The position numbers were made by a program, and so were the translations under genes. The notes beneath the pieces were generated by a model that ran no database searches, was not told where the DNA came from, and saw only the letters and a program-made list of their open reading frames with translations. Below, one piece after another: positions 37,879 through 49,714 of a DNA stretch of 64,000 nt (its first letter is position 1; every line of letters begins with the position of its first letter). Source of the DNA: Squalus acanthias (taxonomy: Eukaryota); NCBI GenBank assembly GCA_030390025.1, contig CM059433.1, forward strand, positions 16,060,001 through 16,124,000, written 5' to 3'.

Positions 37879-38597
37879 TGTACGAAAGACTGGTATGTAG
37901 AGGTCCTTAGTAGATGAGAATCATATATGTATAAATTTAAGTGCAGCCATTGACCAACTAATTTTACCCATAATTTCCTGTGGGTATGAAAATATTAAGG
38001 CTTGTTCAAAATGCAACTGCAAGGACAGTCAGAAACAGTCTTGACTAGTTCTGATAACGGACAGTCATGCAGCTTACGAGGCCTTGTACTGCTTGTACCA
38101 GGGAAGCTAGAAAAAAGAGAGATAAGGTAAATTCCAATGGGGTGAAGAACTATAAACAAGATAACAATGAACAGGGTAAAGTTGTAGGAAAAATACTGGG
38201 AAAGGTGGGGCCAAGATGCTACCCTTAGTCTGAGTGACAATGGTATATTGACCATTAGAACCAATTAAAAAAAGTGATGTTGTTAAAGACCATATCTGGA
38301 CACTGGCCAAATGAACTTTTGATAAGAAAAGGGTTAAAACGTCGATACTCAAAGAACAACTTCACACAGATCTACCGTGAAGAACCAAGAGCGAAGGAAC
38401 AGACTGAAGACGACGTCACCGGTGTCCGAGAGGTTCCAGAGACCAAGGGCTCCGAGCTACTCATTAAACTATCGCCTGTTGTTAAGTATATTGCGCTGCA
38501 AGCTTAATAAATCTTGATCTATTGCCAAAGCACTACTGGTTGCTACCTATTTTGGGTGTCTCGTCCAAGAACTCTGAGAGATCAAAAAGATCTTACA
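37879..38597 (+). mobile_element. Solo LTR, 719 bp, ERV-like
   Basis: TGTACGA...TCTTACA ends. 4-bp TSD GTAA at 37875-37878 and 38598-38601. AATAAA at 38506-38511. Confidence 0.7.
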
Positions 38598-39120
38598 GTA
38601 AATACAAGCATTTTGAAATCATTTGAGATGGAAAAAACCCATAAGAAAATGCAAGCAAGATGTCTCGCAAATCTTTTTACAGCTTTACCTGAAAGGAGTT
38701 GAAGATCCCTTTAAATACCACTGGAAATGGCCACCGTGTACTGACCATGATTGGTGAGTGGGAACAGGAAGTGGTGGTGCCAACATGGGCAAAGATGAAA
38801 ATGGTGTCATTTGATTCCTATTAACATATATGTATGAGGCTCCTGCCACTTTCAGGCAGGAGCTCTGGACACCAAGATTGCCCCCAACGCATCGTTAAGT
38901 TAGTGCTTCCAGCTGGTGCACAGTTTTGGTACTGCTACCACCCAAACGGGGCAGTAAGGACACAAATATCACCTCTGTGATATGTTGATGGAACAGTGGT
39001 AAAATTAGCAGAGAATGTTACTGAAGATTGTGTGGGCGTTTGTTCCCCCTCAACTTCCATCCCCATCAAGACCTATCAGAAACAGAATCCCAGCCGGGCC
39101 CACTGCTGGAGTTGGCATGC

Positions 39121-39428
39121 CCACAGGGGTCACAGTCTCAGGATACGGGGTAGGACATTTAGGACTGAGATGAGGAGAAATTTCTTCACTCAGAGGGTGG
39201 TGAACCTGTGAAATTCTCTACCACAGAAGGCTGTGGAGGCCAATTCACTGAATATATTTAAGAAGGAGATAGATAGATTTCTAGACACAAAAGGCATCAA
39301 GGGGTATGGGGAGAGAGCGGGAATATGGTATTGAGATAGAGGATCAGCCATGATCATATTGAATGGCAGAGCAGGCTCGAAGGGCCAAATGGCCTACTCC
39401 TGCTCCTATTTTTCTATGTTTCTATGTT
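39121..39428 (+). mobile_element. CR1 3' end fragment
   Basis: RGHSLRIRG...RNFFTQRVVNL, 3' UTR and (TTTCTATG)n tail. Confidence 0.92.
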
Positions 39429-40269
39429 CTACTAGTGGAAGCAATATCACATTATGTGTAGCTGCAAATAATTAGTAAAATTCAGGCTGTGAAACTTATT
39501 TTTGGATCAATATAACTACAACAGTAAAAATATGCCACTGCAGTGAGAGCTGCAGTACTATATTTAGCTTGCTCCTAGTGCACTGACACCGATCGGTTAA
39601 CCTAATTACGGTGAGAAATGAGTTTAACATTAAATGTACCAATTAGCGAATATCTGCTGTCAGAATGCACTGTTTGTTAAAGGGCAGGCATTACACTTCC
39701 ATAGTTCAGTTTGAAAGAGTCTAGCAGTTTGGGCTTACCAGGACTACAAGCGAAAGATGTTCCACCTGCCCTTTTTGTTCTCTCTCTCATTCACGGTATT
39801 ACATGCTGTTTTATTGGGCAGAGTTTCAGACATAGATATCACCCACACTTACACTTTCTGAGAAATTGAACAATATCTGTTCAATTAGGACTACTTCCCT
39901 CCTTGATTAGCTTCTGTACCATTAGACAGCTCATTTAGTCTATTCTTAGTAGATTTACTAGGCTGAGATTTTATGCTCCTAGCCCATACCAGGAAAGGGT
40001 GCAGAATTTCCGACATGCACTCCAAGTGTGCACCATTATTTTGGACAATGATAATGGTGAGATTTAGTTTTATAAACTGCCAGTGTTATTTTTGACAAAT
40101 TTCAAGTCTTATGATAAACACTTACTGATTTGTGAAAATATTTATTGTCAATAAAGACTGTCCTCTTGTTAACTTGCAAGCTATCCTCTGTGGACTATTC
40201 TTTGTATAAAATGTGATGCAAAAGCCACATTCACTGTATAGTTTATGATCAATTCCCTGTATCTTATGA

Positions 40270-40852
40270 ACAATAACAATAACAACAACTTGCATTTATG
40301 TAGTGCCTTTAACATAGTAAAATGTCCGAAGGTGTTTCACAGGAGCGTTATCGAGCAAAACTTGACACTGAGCCACATGAGGTGATATTAGGGCAGGTGA
40401 CCAAAAACTTGGTCAAAGAGGTAGGTTTTAAGGAGGAGAGAGAGCTAGAGAGGTGAAGAGGTTTAGGGAGAGAATTCCAGCGCTTAGGCCCTAGGCAGCT
40501 GAAGGCCCAGCAGTGAATGGTGGAGTGATTAAAATTTGGGATGCGCAAGAGGCCAGAATTGGAGGAGCGCAGAGATCTTGGAGGGTTATAGGGCTGGAGG
40601 AGGTTACAGAGATAGGGAGGGGCGGGGGAGGCCATGGAGGGATTTGAAAACAAGGATGAGAATTTTAAAATCGTGATGTTGCCAGACCTGGAGCCAATGT
40701 AGGTCAGCAAGCACAGAATAATGGGTAAACGAGGCTTGGTGCGAGTTAGGATATGGGCAGCAGAGTTTTGGATGAGCTCAAGTTATGGAGGGTGGAAGAT
40801 GGGCGGCTGGCCAGGACAGCATTGGAATAGTCAAATCTAGAGGTAACCAAAG
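40270..40852 (-). mobile_element. L2 3' fragment
   Basis: (AAC)n tail; PPYLCNLLQPYNPPRSLRSS. Confidence 0.9.
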
Positions 40853-41799
40853 CAAATCATTTAGAGCAATCGTTGTTCAATATTCTTATATTCAAGATTT
40901 TGTTTTGAAAAGCAAAAGGTGATAATGAGCATTAGGATGGTAATACTTAATACCACGGGTGAGCAAATTCAAGTCCCTGTCCACTCAGATCCTGATATCT
41001 GTTGAGCAGCGAGTTGCCAAATAGAAGCTGTAGAATTTGCCAGGAGCAGGTAGGAGAAATTAAAGAGAGTGGCACCTCCAGTGACTGATGACGGAGCACC
41101 TTGCTGGTGGCCTGGGAGCAGGTTGTACCCCCACCATACAATTTTAGAATCATAGAACGTTGTAGCACAGAAACAGCCCATCAAGTTTGTGCCGGTGTTT
41201 TTCTCTACCTGAGCCACCTAGGCTAATCCTATTATCCTGCTCACTCGCCCAACCATCCAATACCCTTTAAAAAGAATTTTTCTCAACTTCAACAATGGTT
41301 TGCCACGGATGGTCCCATATTCTAATTGCCCTCATTTTAAAGATATTATTCACTTACACCGTCTACACAAATATCACAGGCAGCCACCTATATCAGGCAA
41401 AAGGCATTAACCATTTTCCATTACCATTGAAGTCAATTACAAAGCCACCGCTTAAAAAAAATAATAAGTGTGCCGGCAATTTTGGGCATATGGAAGCTTT
41501 GTCATCGTAATGTTCACAAGTTGCCACTATCCCTTTTTAATGCTTTTGAATTGATTAGCTCTATAACAAAGACACACAACACTCATTGAATTATTCCGAT
41601 ATGCTGTAGTGGCAAATTGAGTCTGCAGGGGACTCTGGAGCAATAGGCAGAATCACAATGATCCTGAGATGGGGACCCAGTGAAAATCCACGATCTTGCT
41701 TCTTGAACACATCGCGTAGCAGTATTACCACCCACTTCTTATAGCGGGCAAATCATGTTAACACCAACGCATCTGCTATAAGTGGTAGGGACTGTATAA

Positions 41800-42670
41800 T
41801 CATAATCTTGAAGACGTCTATCAGATGATCTCTTAACCTTCTTAGCACTCATGCAAAAATCTCTAACTTCTCCAGTCTCTCTTCATAACACCACCCTTCT
41901 TCCTAGTGTTGGTGAAAAATTAATTCACTCGAGTCTGTTTCAAAGCAAAAGATCACAGTTTATTATTCAAAGCGCTCTGGGAGAAGGGTCATAGCCTGCG
42001 GTCTAATGACCAGCTTCTCAATTTAATAGTGGCAGCCACGCTTCTTTATACACTTCAAGAAGCCAGAAAATACAAACATCAGCACAGTTATTACATCATG
42101 AGCGACCCTTATGGTCTCTAAAAACAACTTGATTAGAATTTTACACTGTTAGCAAAACTCATTCTCTACTTCTGCTTTTGTCTAATAGTGGTCAGCCACC
42201 TGCACTGCAAGGTTTCATTCTTACGCCTTTTCGAGGCTAGTTTATTATAAAAAACAATGATTCACATTTTTGTTCTGCAGTGTCTGCATTATCTATACTG
42301 CAGACTAAGCAAGCTGGTCTTTATCTAATTATACCCCTGTCTCCATCGGCTTGTAGCCTTCGGGAGATACTTTGACCTTTACTATAGTCCTTTAAGCAGT
42401 TCAACTAATCTTAAACATTACAACTGATTTGTCCTTACATTATTACAATTAATTTTTTTACTCTTACACTAGCAACATTCTAGAGAATCTATACTGCACC
42501 TTTTCTATTGTCTTTTTATCCTTCCTATAATGAGGTGGCCAAAGCTGTACATAATACTCGAATTGCAACCGAATTAAGGAATATCAATTCAACATAACTT
42601 CCTTGCTCTTATATTCTGTGCCTCTAAATATAAAACCAAGGATACAGTTTGCCTTTTTTTATGGCCTTAA
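41800..42670 (-). mobile_element. Old CR1 fragment hosting a solo LTR
   Basis: Diverged reverse-complement CR1 C-terminal sequence, e.g. AACATAACTTCCTTGCTCTTATATTCTGTGCCTCT. Confidence 0.65.
41907..42468 (-). mobile_element. Solo LTR, 562 bp, ERV-like
   Basis: TG...CA ends with an AAAAATTAATT inverted repeat. 4-bp TSD CTAG at 41903-41906 and 42469-42472. Minus-strand TATAAAG (about 42045-42050) and AATAAA (41959-41964). Confidence 0.78.
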
Positions 42671-42902
42671 CAGCTGTGGCTCAGATGGTAACACACTGGC
42701 CTCTGAGTTAGAAGGTTGTGGGTTGTTAGAACATAAGAATGAGGAGCAGGAGTAGGCCTTATGGCCCCTCGAGCCTGCTCCACCATTCAATAAGATCATG
42801 GCTGATCTTCAACCTCAATTCCACTTTCCTGCCCGATCCCCATATACCTTGATTCCCCTAGAGTCCAAAAATCTATCTATCTCAGCCTTGAATATACTCA
42901 AT
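42671..42902. mobile_element. Deu-SINE head (+, to about 42725) abutting a CR1 3' end (-, 42728-42902)
   Basis: CAGCTGTGGCTCAGATGG...GAAGGTTGTGGGTT, then AGAACATAAGAATGAGGAGCAGGAGTAGG. Confidence 0.8.
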
Positions 42903-44691
42903 GGACGGAATTTTCCGGGGTGATAGCGGGCGCGACCAGTGGCGGGTTGGGTGGGAAAGTTGTTATTTTTGACAGCGGGTCAGGAACCCGCTGTCAATCT
43001 GCCCCCACGCGCCTTTCCCTCAGGCGCGTCTGTCATCGTGGAGCCGACCCAACCAACAGTGATGGGCAACCCAATTGAAATCATTACCAGGTAGTTTACA
43101 GGCACTTAAGAGCCTTTTTTCACTTACTTTTTAAATTTCCTTGCGTGACCACAAGATTCACGCAGCTCAGGAAGCACGTCTGTCAAATTGAGGTGGGAGT
43201 TCCGTGGCCATTACACCAGCTGATTACTTGACAGCATCAAATGTACAGTAAAAGCTCCCACCTGACAGATGATCACTTTCCTCAGGCAGAAGCTGTTGCT
43301 CAGTCCATTCCCAGCACAGATTCTGCAGGCTGCAACTGTTTCCAGCAAAGTCTCCATCCAGTCTCACCTCATTGGAAGAACTCTCGCACCATTGACAGAA
43401 TGCTTCTGTCATCTGTACTTCACCTGCCATCTATTCCATCAACATGGGTGCCGTTACTGTCTCACCTTGGTCCTTAGAATCCCACCACGATCAGCCCCAA
43501 CACCAGCAGCACCAGGCACACCAGTAGCACCAATAACAACACCAACCTTCTCCGCAGTCACCTAATGCTGCACAGGACAGAGGGCATCAGCACACAAGTA
43601 CATTGCTGCCCAGGATGCCAGGGATGGCATCATCATGGCCAGATTTAGTTAACTTTACGCTGGACACCCATGGCTGCCACATGATGTGCCAGGTTGGCAC
43701 CACCCCACACCAACACCATAAAGAATCCTTACAATGACCAAGCCATTCCTTTCACACTCATCACCATTGCGGGGGGTACTGTTATGTCTCACCATTTACT
43801 GCAACTCACTAAGCCACTTCCAAAGGTTCACACAAATCTGTCCAAGAACGCAAAGTGTTGAACATAAAGATTTTTATATTTGACAGCACATTAACAGAAA
43901 CTTTACATTAACATTGAATAAAACACCCAAGTGCCTACCCTTGTGTGTTGTTAGTTGATATGATTGCACTAGGATGAGGGTGAGTGTGAGGGGTGGCTAG
44001 TGAGATGGGGATCTGATAATGTAGCTAGAGAGAGAGGGATGGGTGGAGGTGCAAGGTAAGTTGGTGTGAGTAAGGATGTGCAGGAGTAGGGTAGGGAAGG
44101 CAGAGTGATGGGGATGCGATGAGAGGCACAGCAGGATGAGGTTGAGTGTGGCTTTGTACTAACGTTTCATGATCTACTGAGATCATTGAAACGTTTGCGG
44201 CACTGCACCCAGATCCTCCTGACCAAATCCCTGCTTGTTCCCTCCTCTGCAATCTGCAACCAGGCTGTCTTGGTCTCCTGGGGAGGTCTCTTCCGCCCAT
44301 CGGAAGGGAAGAGAACCTCCCTGCATGCTCTGACTCCCTCCATAAGCATATGGAGGGAGTAATCGGAGAACCTGGGTGCAGCCCTCTCCCTCCGCAGTCA
44401 TTGTCAGTGCTTGCAGCACTCCAATGCTGTAGTACACTGACAGCACTGTTAGATTAAACTTCAAATCTAATGTGGCCATGGTCCCTTTAAAGATCCCGGC
44501 TGAAAACGAGTCATGAATGATGTCACCAGACCCGCCCCATCCCATTGGGCTGGGTATCGCGCAGTGCGGGCTTAATAGGCCCCATTAAGGTAAGTCCATT
44601 TTCAACAGCGGGATGGAGCCAGCAGCGGGGTCGCGACCCGCCATGGATACCGCCCGCACCGGACCCGCCCAGGTAGGCAAAATTCCGGCCC
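42903..44691. mobile_element. Internally deleted Harbinger derivative related to 29463-34639
   Basis: TIRs GGACGGAATTTT and AAAATTCCGGCC. Transposase start (ATGGGTGCC about 43444) is fused to its end (ATGGCCAGATTTAGTTAA about 43635-43652). Myb exon 1 remnant at about 44163-44402 (AWLQIAEE...QCRKRFNDL). Confidence 0.85.
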
Positions 44692-45291
44692 ATGTCAAAT
44701 GCTTTTTAGAAAATCCATATAAACCATCTCTTGGCTGAAGAGGTGTCAGGCCAGGAAGGTAAATAAGGAAGAAATAAAAGTTATAGAAAAAAATGGAGAA
44801 ACTTGCACATGAAAAGAGTCAAAAAATGGAAAGGAAAGTTGAAATTAATTTATGTATCATATTAATTCACATTCTAGGTTGATAAAACATGTTAGAAATT
44901 ATTACAGATCGATTAAATGTCAATCTTGTTTCCAAGTATGATGGTAGTTACTTATTTTTAAGAATATGTACCAAAATCTTTCATCTGCAGGTTTAGTGTA
45001 TTGTTACATCTTAAAAAGAAAAAATAACAGTAACATATTATATTTGCTCTGCCTCATGAAGTAGATATATAAATATGGCTGGCCTTTCAAGGCTTAACAC
45101 ATATTAAAGACATATGTATGTCAGAAACAGTCAAAACTTATATAAATTCATTACCGTCTGCTAAAATGTTAATCCTCAGCTAATTTGAATGTAGACTTTT
45201 GCTGTAAAATGAAAATATTTTCATGTAATCTTTGTATTATCTGTTGCCATTTTAATGTCTATTAAAGGTTTAGAGTAGTTATGGAAATAAT

Positions 45292-46779
45292 AGGATTGGG
45301 CACAGTCAACATGGATTTATGAAAGGGAAATCGTGTTTGACGAATCTGTTAAGAGTTTTTTGAGGTTGTAACTAGCAGAATAGATAAGGGGGAACCAGTG
45401 GATGTAGTGTATTTGGATTTTCAGAAGGCATTCGATAAGGTGCCACACAAGAGGTTATTAAACAAAATTAAGGCTCATGGGATGGGGGTAATATACTAGC
45501 ATGGATTGAGGATTGGTTAATGGACAGAAAACAGAGAGTAGGAATTAACAGGTCATTTTCGGGTTGGCAGGCTGTAACTAGTGGGGTACCACAAGGATCA
45601 GTGCTTGGGCCTCAGCTATTCACAATCTACATCAATGATTTGAATGAGGGCACCAAATGTAATATATCCAAGTTTGCTAATGATACAAAGCTGGGTGGGA
45701 ATGTAAGTTGTGAGGAGGATACAAGGAGGCTTCAAGGGGATATAGACAGGCTAAGTAAGTGGGCAAGAACATGGCAAATGGTATATAATGTGGAGACATG
45801 TGAAGTTATCCACTTTGGTAGGAAAAATAGAAAAGCAGAGTATTTTTTAAATGGTGAGAGATTGGAAAATGTTGGTGTTCAGAGGGACCTGGGTGTCCTT
45901 GTACACGAATCACTAAAAAGTTAACATTACAAGAGTAAAAACGTCTCACTGCAATTATATAGGGCCCTGGTGAGACCACACCTGGACTACTGTGTACAGT
46001 TTTGGTCTTCTTGCCTAAGGAAGGATATACTTGCCATAGAGGGAGTGCAACGAAGGTTCACCAGACTGATTCCTGGGATGGGGGGGATTGTCCTATGAGG
46101 AGAGATTGAGTAGACTAGGTGACATGAATCTTGTCATTCATGTGGAAATGACTTATGAAATAATACTGGGCGGCCTGCTGGTGGCGCTGTCCAGGGAGAG
46201 TATAAATACTCGGGCATGGGCCCAGCTTGCTCAGGACATTCTTTAACAGGAACTAGTGAAGGACACAACTAGATCTCCATGTTGAAAAACAGTTGATTAA
46301 AGCTTTGTTTAACGCTTAGACCAAGTGCCTAGTAGTTTTCTTATGTCACTAGGCCTATATTCTCTAGAGTTTAGAAGAATGAGAGGTGATCTTATTGAAA
46401 CATACACAATTCTTACAGGACTTGACAGTGTAGATGCAGGGAGGATGTTTCCCCTGGCTGGGGAGTCTAGAACCAGGGGTCAGAGTCTCAGAATAAGGGG
46501 TTGGCCATTTAGGACTGAGATGCGGAGAAATTTCTTCACTCAGAGGGTGGCGAAGCTTTGGAATTCTCTACCCCAGAGCTGTGGAGGCTCAGTCGTTGAG
46601 TATATTCAAGACAGAGATCGATAGATTTTTGAATATTAAGGGAATCAAGGGATATGGGGACAGTGCAGGAAAGTGGAGATGAGGTAGAAAATCAGCCATG
46701 ATCTTATTGAATTGCGGAGCAAGCTCGAAGGACCAAATGGCCGACTCCTGCTCCTATTTCTTATCTTCTTATGTTCTTA
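45292..46779 (+). mobile_element. CR1 3' half, interrupted by a solo LTR
   Basis: RT motifs in ORF 45520..45924; tail TTCTTATGTTCTTA. Confidence 0.93.
46120..46348 (+). mobile_element. Solo LTR, 229 bp
   Basis: TGACATGAA...TTATGTCA ends. 5-bp TSD CTAGG at 46115-46119 and 46349-46353. TATAAATA at 46201 and ATTAAA about 46296. Host CR1 rejoins in frame (LSRLGLYSLE). Confidence 0.85.
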
Positions 46780-48085
46780 AAAGAACAAGGAAAAATCAAA
46801 GGTTAAGATATTCAACTGGAGGAGGGCTAATTTCAATGAGTTGAAAAGGAATATGGCCCAGGTGGATTGGAAACAAAGAGTGGCAGGTTAAACAGTAAAT
46901 GAGCAATGGGAGGACTTCGAGAAGGAGATAGTTCCAGTGCGGTCTAAGCACATTCCTATGAGGGGGAAAGGAAGGGCATCCAAACTTAGAGTTCCCTGGA
47001 TGACTAAAGAAATTGAGATTAAAATGAAACAGAAAAAGGAGGCTTATGATAAATGTCAGGTTAATAATAGTGTAGAGAATCAAGCTGAATACAGAAAGTG
47101 CAGAGGAAAAATGAAAAAAGGGGCAAAGAGAATGTATGAGAAAAGATTAGGGGATAACGTAAAAGGGAACCCAAAAGTCTTTTATAAACATATAAAGAGT
47201 AAAAGGATAGTTAAAGGAATGGTGGGGTCGATTAAGGGCCTAAAAGGAAATCTTCTTGTAGAGGCAGAGAGCATGGCTGGGGTCGTAAATGAAAACTTTG
47301 CATCTGTCTTCACTAAGGCAGAAATAGCAGAGGCTCTGGCAGCAATCTTCCAATCCTCCTTGGATATGAAAGTGGTGCCATTGGACTGGAGGATTGCAAA
47401 TGTTACACTCCAGTCCAAAAAAGGGGAGAGAGATAAACCAGGTAACTACAGGCCAGTCAGCCTAACATCAGTGGTGGGGAAACTTCTAGAGACCATAATC
47501 TCGGATAAAATTGTCACTAGGAAAAACAAGGATCAATATATGACAGCTAACATGGATATATTAAAGGAAAATCATGTCTGACTAACTTGATTGAGTTCTT
47601 CGATGAAATAACGAAGAGGGTTGATGAGGGTAGTGTGGTTGATGTTGTGTATATGGACTTTCAAAAGGCGTTTGATAAAGTACCACATAATAGACTTATT
47701 AGCAAAATTGAAGCAGTGGCAGCTTGGCTATGAAACTGGCTGCAAGACAGAAAGCAGAGAGTAGTAGTGAATGGTTGTTTTTCGAACTGGAAGGAAGTAT
47801 ACAGTGGTGCCCCCAGGGGTTGGTATTAGAGCCACTGTTCTTCTTGATATATATTAATGACCTGGACTTGGGTACAGGGGGCATCATTTCAAAGTCTGCA
47901 GATGATACAAAGCTTGGAAATGTAGTAAACGGTGAAGAGAATAGTAGCTGATTTCAGGAGGACTTAGACAGACTGGTGAAATGGGCAGATACATGGCAGA
48001 TGCAATTTAATGCAGAGAAGTGTGAAGTGATGCATTTTGCAAGGAAAAATGACGAGAGGCAGTATAAACTAAATGGTACAATAAA
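46780..48085 (+). mobile_element. Older CR1 ORF2 fragment with internal deletions
   Basis: PWMTKEI, GNPKVFY, NYRPVSLTS and ADDTKLG. Confidence 0.88.
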
Positions 48086-48183
48086 GGACAGGTAAGACAA
48101 ATAAAAGCTTTCTCATTACTTCTAAATTCAATTTGTTCTTTATTTTTGGAAGAAACTCAAATTAGGATGTAAAAAGATACTCT

Positions 48184-49450
48184 GGGGTAGATTTTAACCC
48201 TACCTGCTCGACAGAAACTTACTGGGTCATAATGCGACCGTTTTGCCAACATTGCCGATTTTAACCTACAGTAATCGGATGAGGCACCCGCCTAAAGAAG
48301 GTAGGGACCATATGAATTTATGCAATTCAGGGTCCTATTAAGCTTGCATTTTAACTGGGGCCTGAGCAGGGTTTCCACCATTGTTTTCCTACCAGGCTGA
48401 CAAGGTCGGCAGGCAGAAGAGGCCCTCCATGGTAAGTGGACTATCTTTCATTTGTGGGGCCAGGAGGAGTTGGAGTTTTCCTCCCGGCCCAACAAGGAAA
48501 GTTGTGGCCTTCCCTGTCCCAGATTGCCCCCTTCCCTCCTGTGAAACCCTTCCCGACACCCCCTTCCTGCCACTTACATTGTGTTGATGAGCCTTCCTTT
48601 GATGCCGGCTGGCGGCGTCCAGCAGCCCAACCTTCCTCTCTCACCCACCGGCCTGTTTCCAGTGGGCAGCGGACCGGCAGCCTGTAAATGAACATAAGAA
48701 CATAAGAACATAAGAACATAAGAACATAAGACGTAGGAGCAGGAGTAGGTCATTTGGCCCCTCGAGCCTGCTCCGCCATTCAATAAGATCATGGCTGATC
48801 TGATCTTGGCCTCAACTCCACTTCCCTGCCCGCTCCCCATAACCCTTGACTCCCTTACCTTTCAAAAATCTGTCTATCTCCACCTTAAATATATTCAATG
48901 ACCCAGCCTCCACAGCTCTCTGCGGAAGAGAATTCCAAAGATTCACGACCCTCTGAGAGAAGAAATTCCTCCTCATTTCTGATTTAAAAGGGTGCCCCCT
49001 TATTCTGAAATTATGCCCCCTAGTTCTAGATTCCCCCACGAGGGGAAACATCCTCTCTGCATCTACCCTGTCAAGCCCCTTCAGAATCTTATATGTTTCA
49101 ATAAGATCCCCTCTCATTCTTCTAAACTCCAATGACCCAACCTGCTCAACCTTTCTTCATTACCCTTCATCTCCAGAATCAACCTCGTGAACCTTCTCTG
49201 AACTGCCTCCAATGCAAGTATATCCTTCCTTAAATAAGGAGACCAAAACTGTACGCTGTACACCAGGTGTGGTCTCACCAACACCCTGTACAGTTGTAAC
49301 AGGACTTCCCTACTTTCGTACTCCATTCCCTTTGCAACTCCAAGCCTGGAGTTAAAATAACCCAGGCCTCAAACTTGGGCCAGGGAGAACATTTTGCAGT
49401 CGCCCTGCCACTGTCCACCTGAAACCTGCTGGGGGGTTAAAATCAACCAC
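48184..49450. mobile_element. Probable Harbinger-type MITE interrupted by a CR1
   Basis: Ends GGGGTAGATTTTAACCC and GGGTTAAAATCAACCAC form an imperfect inverted repeat. TSD is unclear. Confidence 0.6.
48691..49336 (-). mobile_element. CR1 3' fragment with an (AACATAAG)x5 tail
   Basis: ORFs 49114..49326 and 48812..49132; tandem octamer at 48691-48730. Confidence 0.93.
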
Positions 49451-49714
49451 CGACTCTCTCAGCTCACTCAATGTGAACTTTACCTGAATAAAGCTTTTGA
49501 CATGCGCCCTCTGATTTCTCAAATAATTTTGCAAAGCAACTGAGGAGCAAATTCTGGAAGCTAAAGAAAGTTATCCAGCAGTTCAGCAGGCTAAATGGTA
49601 CTGATGCATAGCTCAGGGTAAAAATATAAAGTCCAAGTCTCGGCTTTTGGGAGGGGTTGAAGACTTCAAGTAAAAAAACTTTTAATAAAGTAATTAAAAA
49701 AACAAAAGAAAACA

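Noticed and set aside
48691..48730. Short tandem array as a CRISPR-like or functional repeat
   Set aside because: It is a spacer-less octamer that forms the tail of a CR1.
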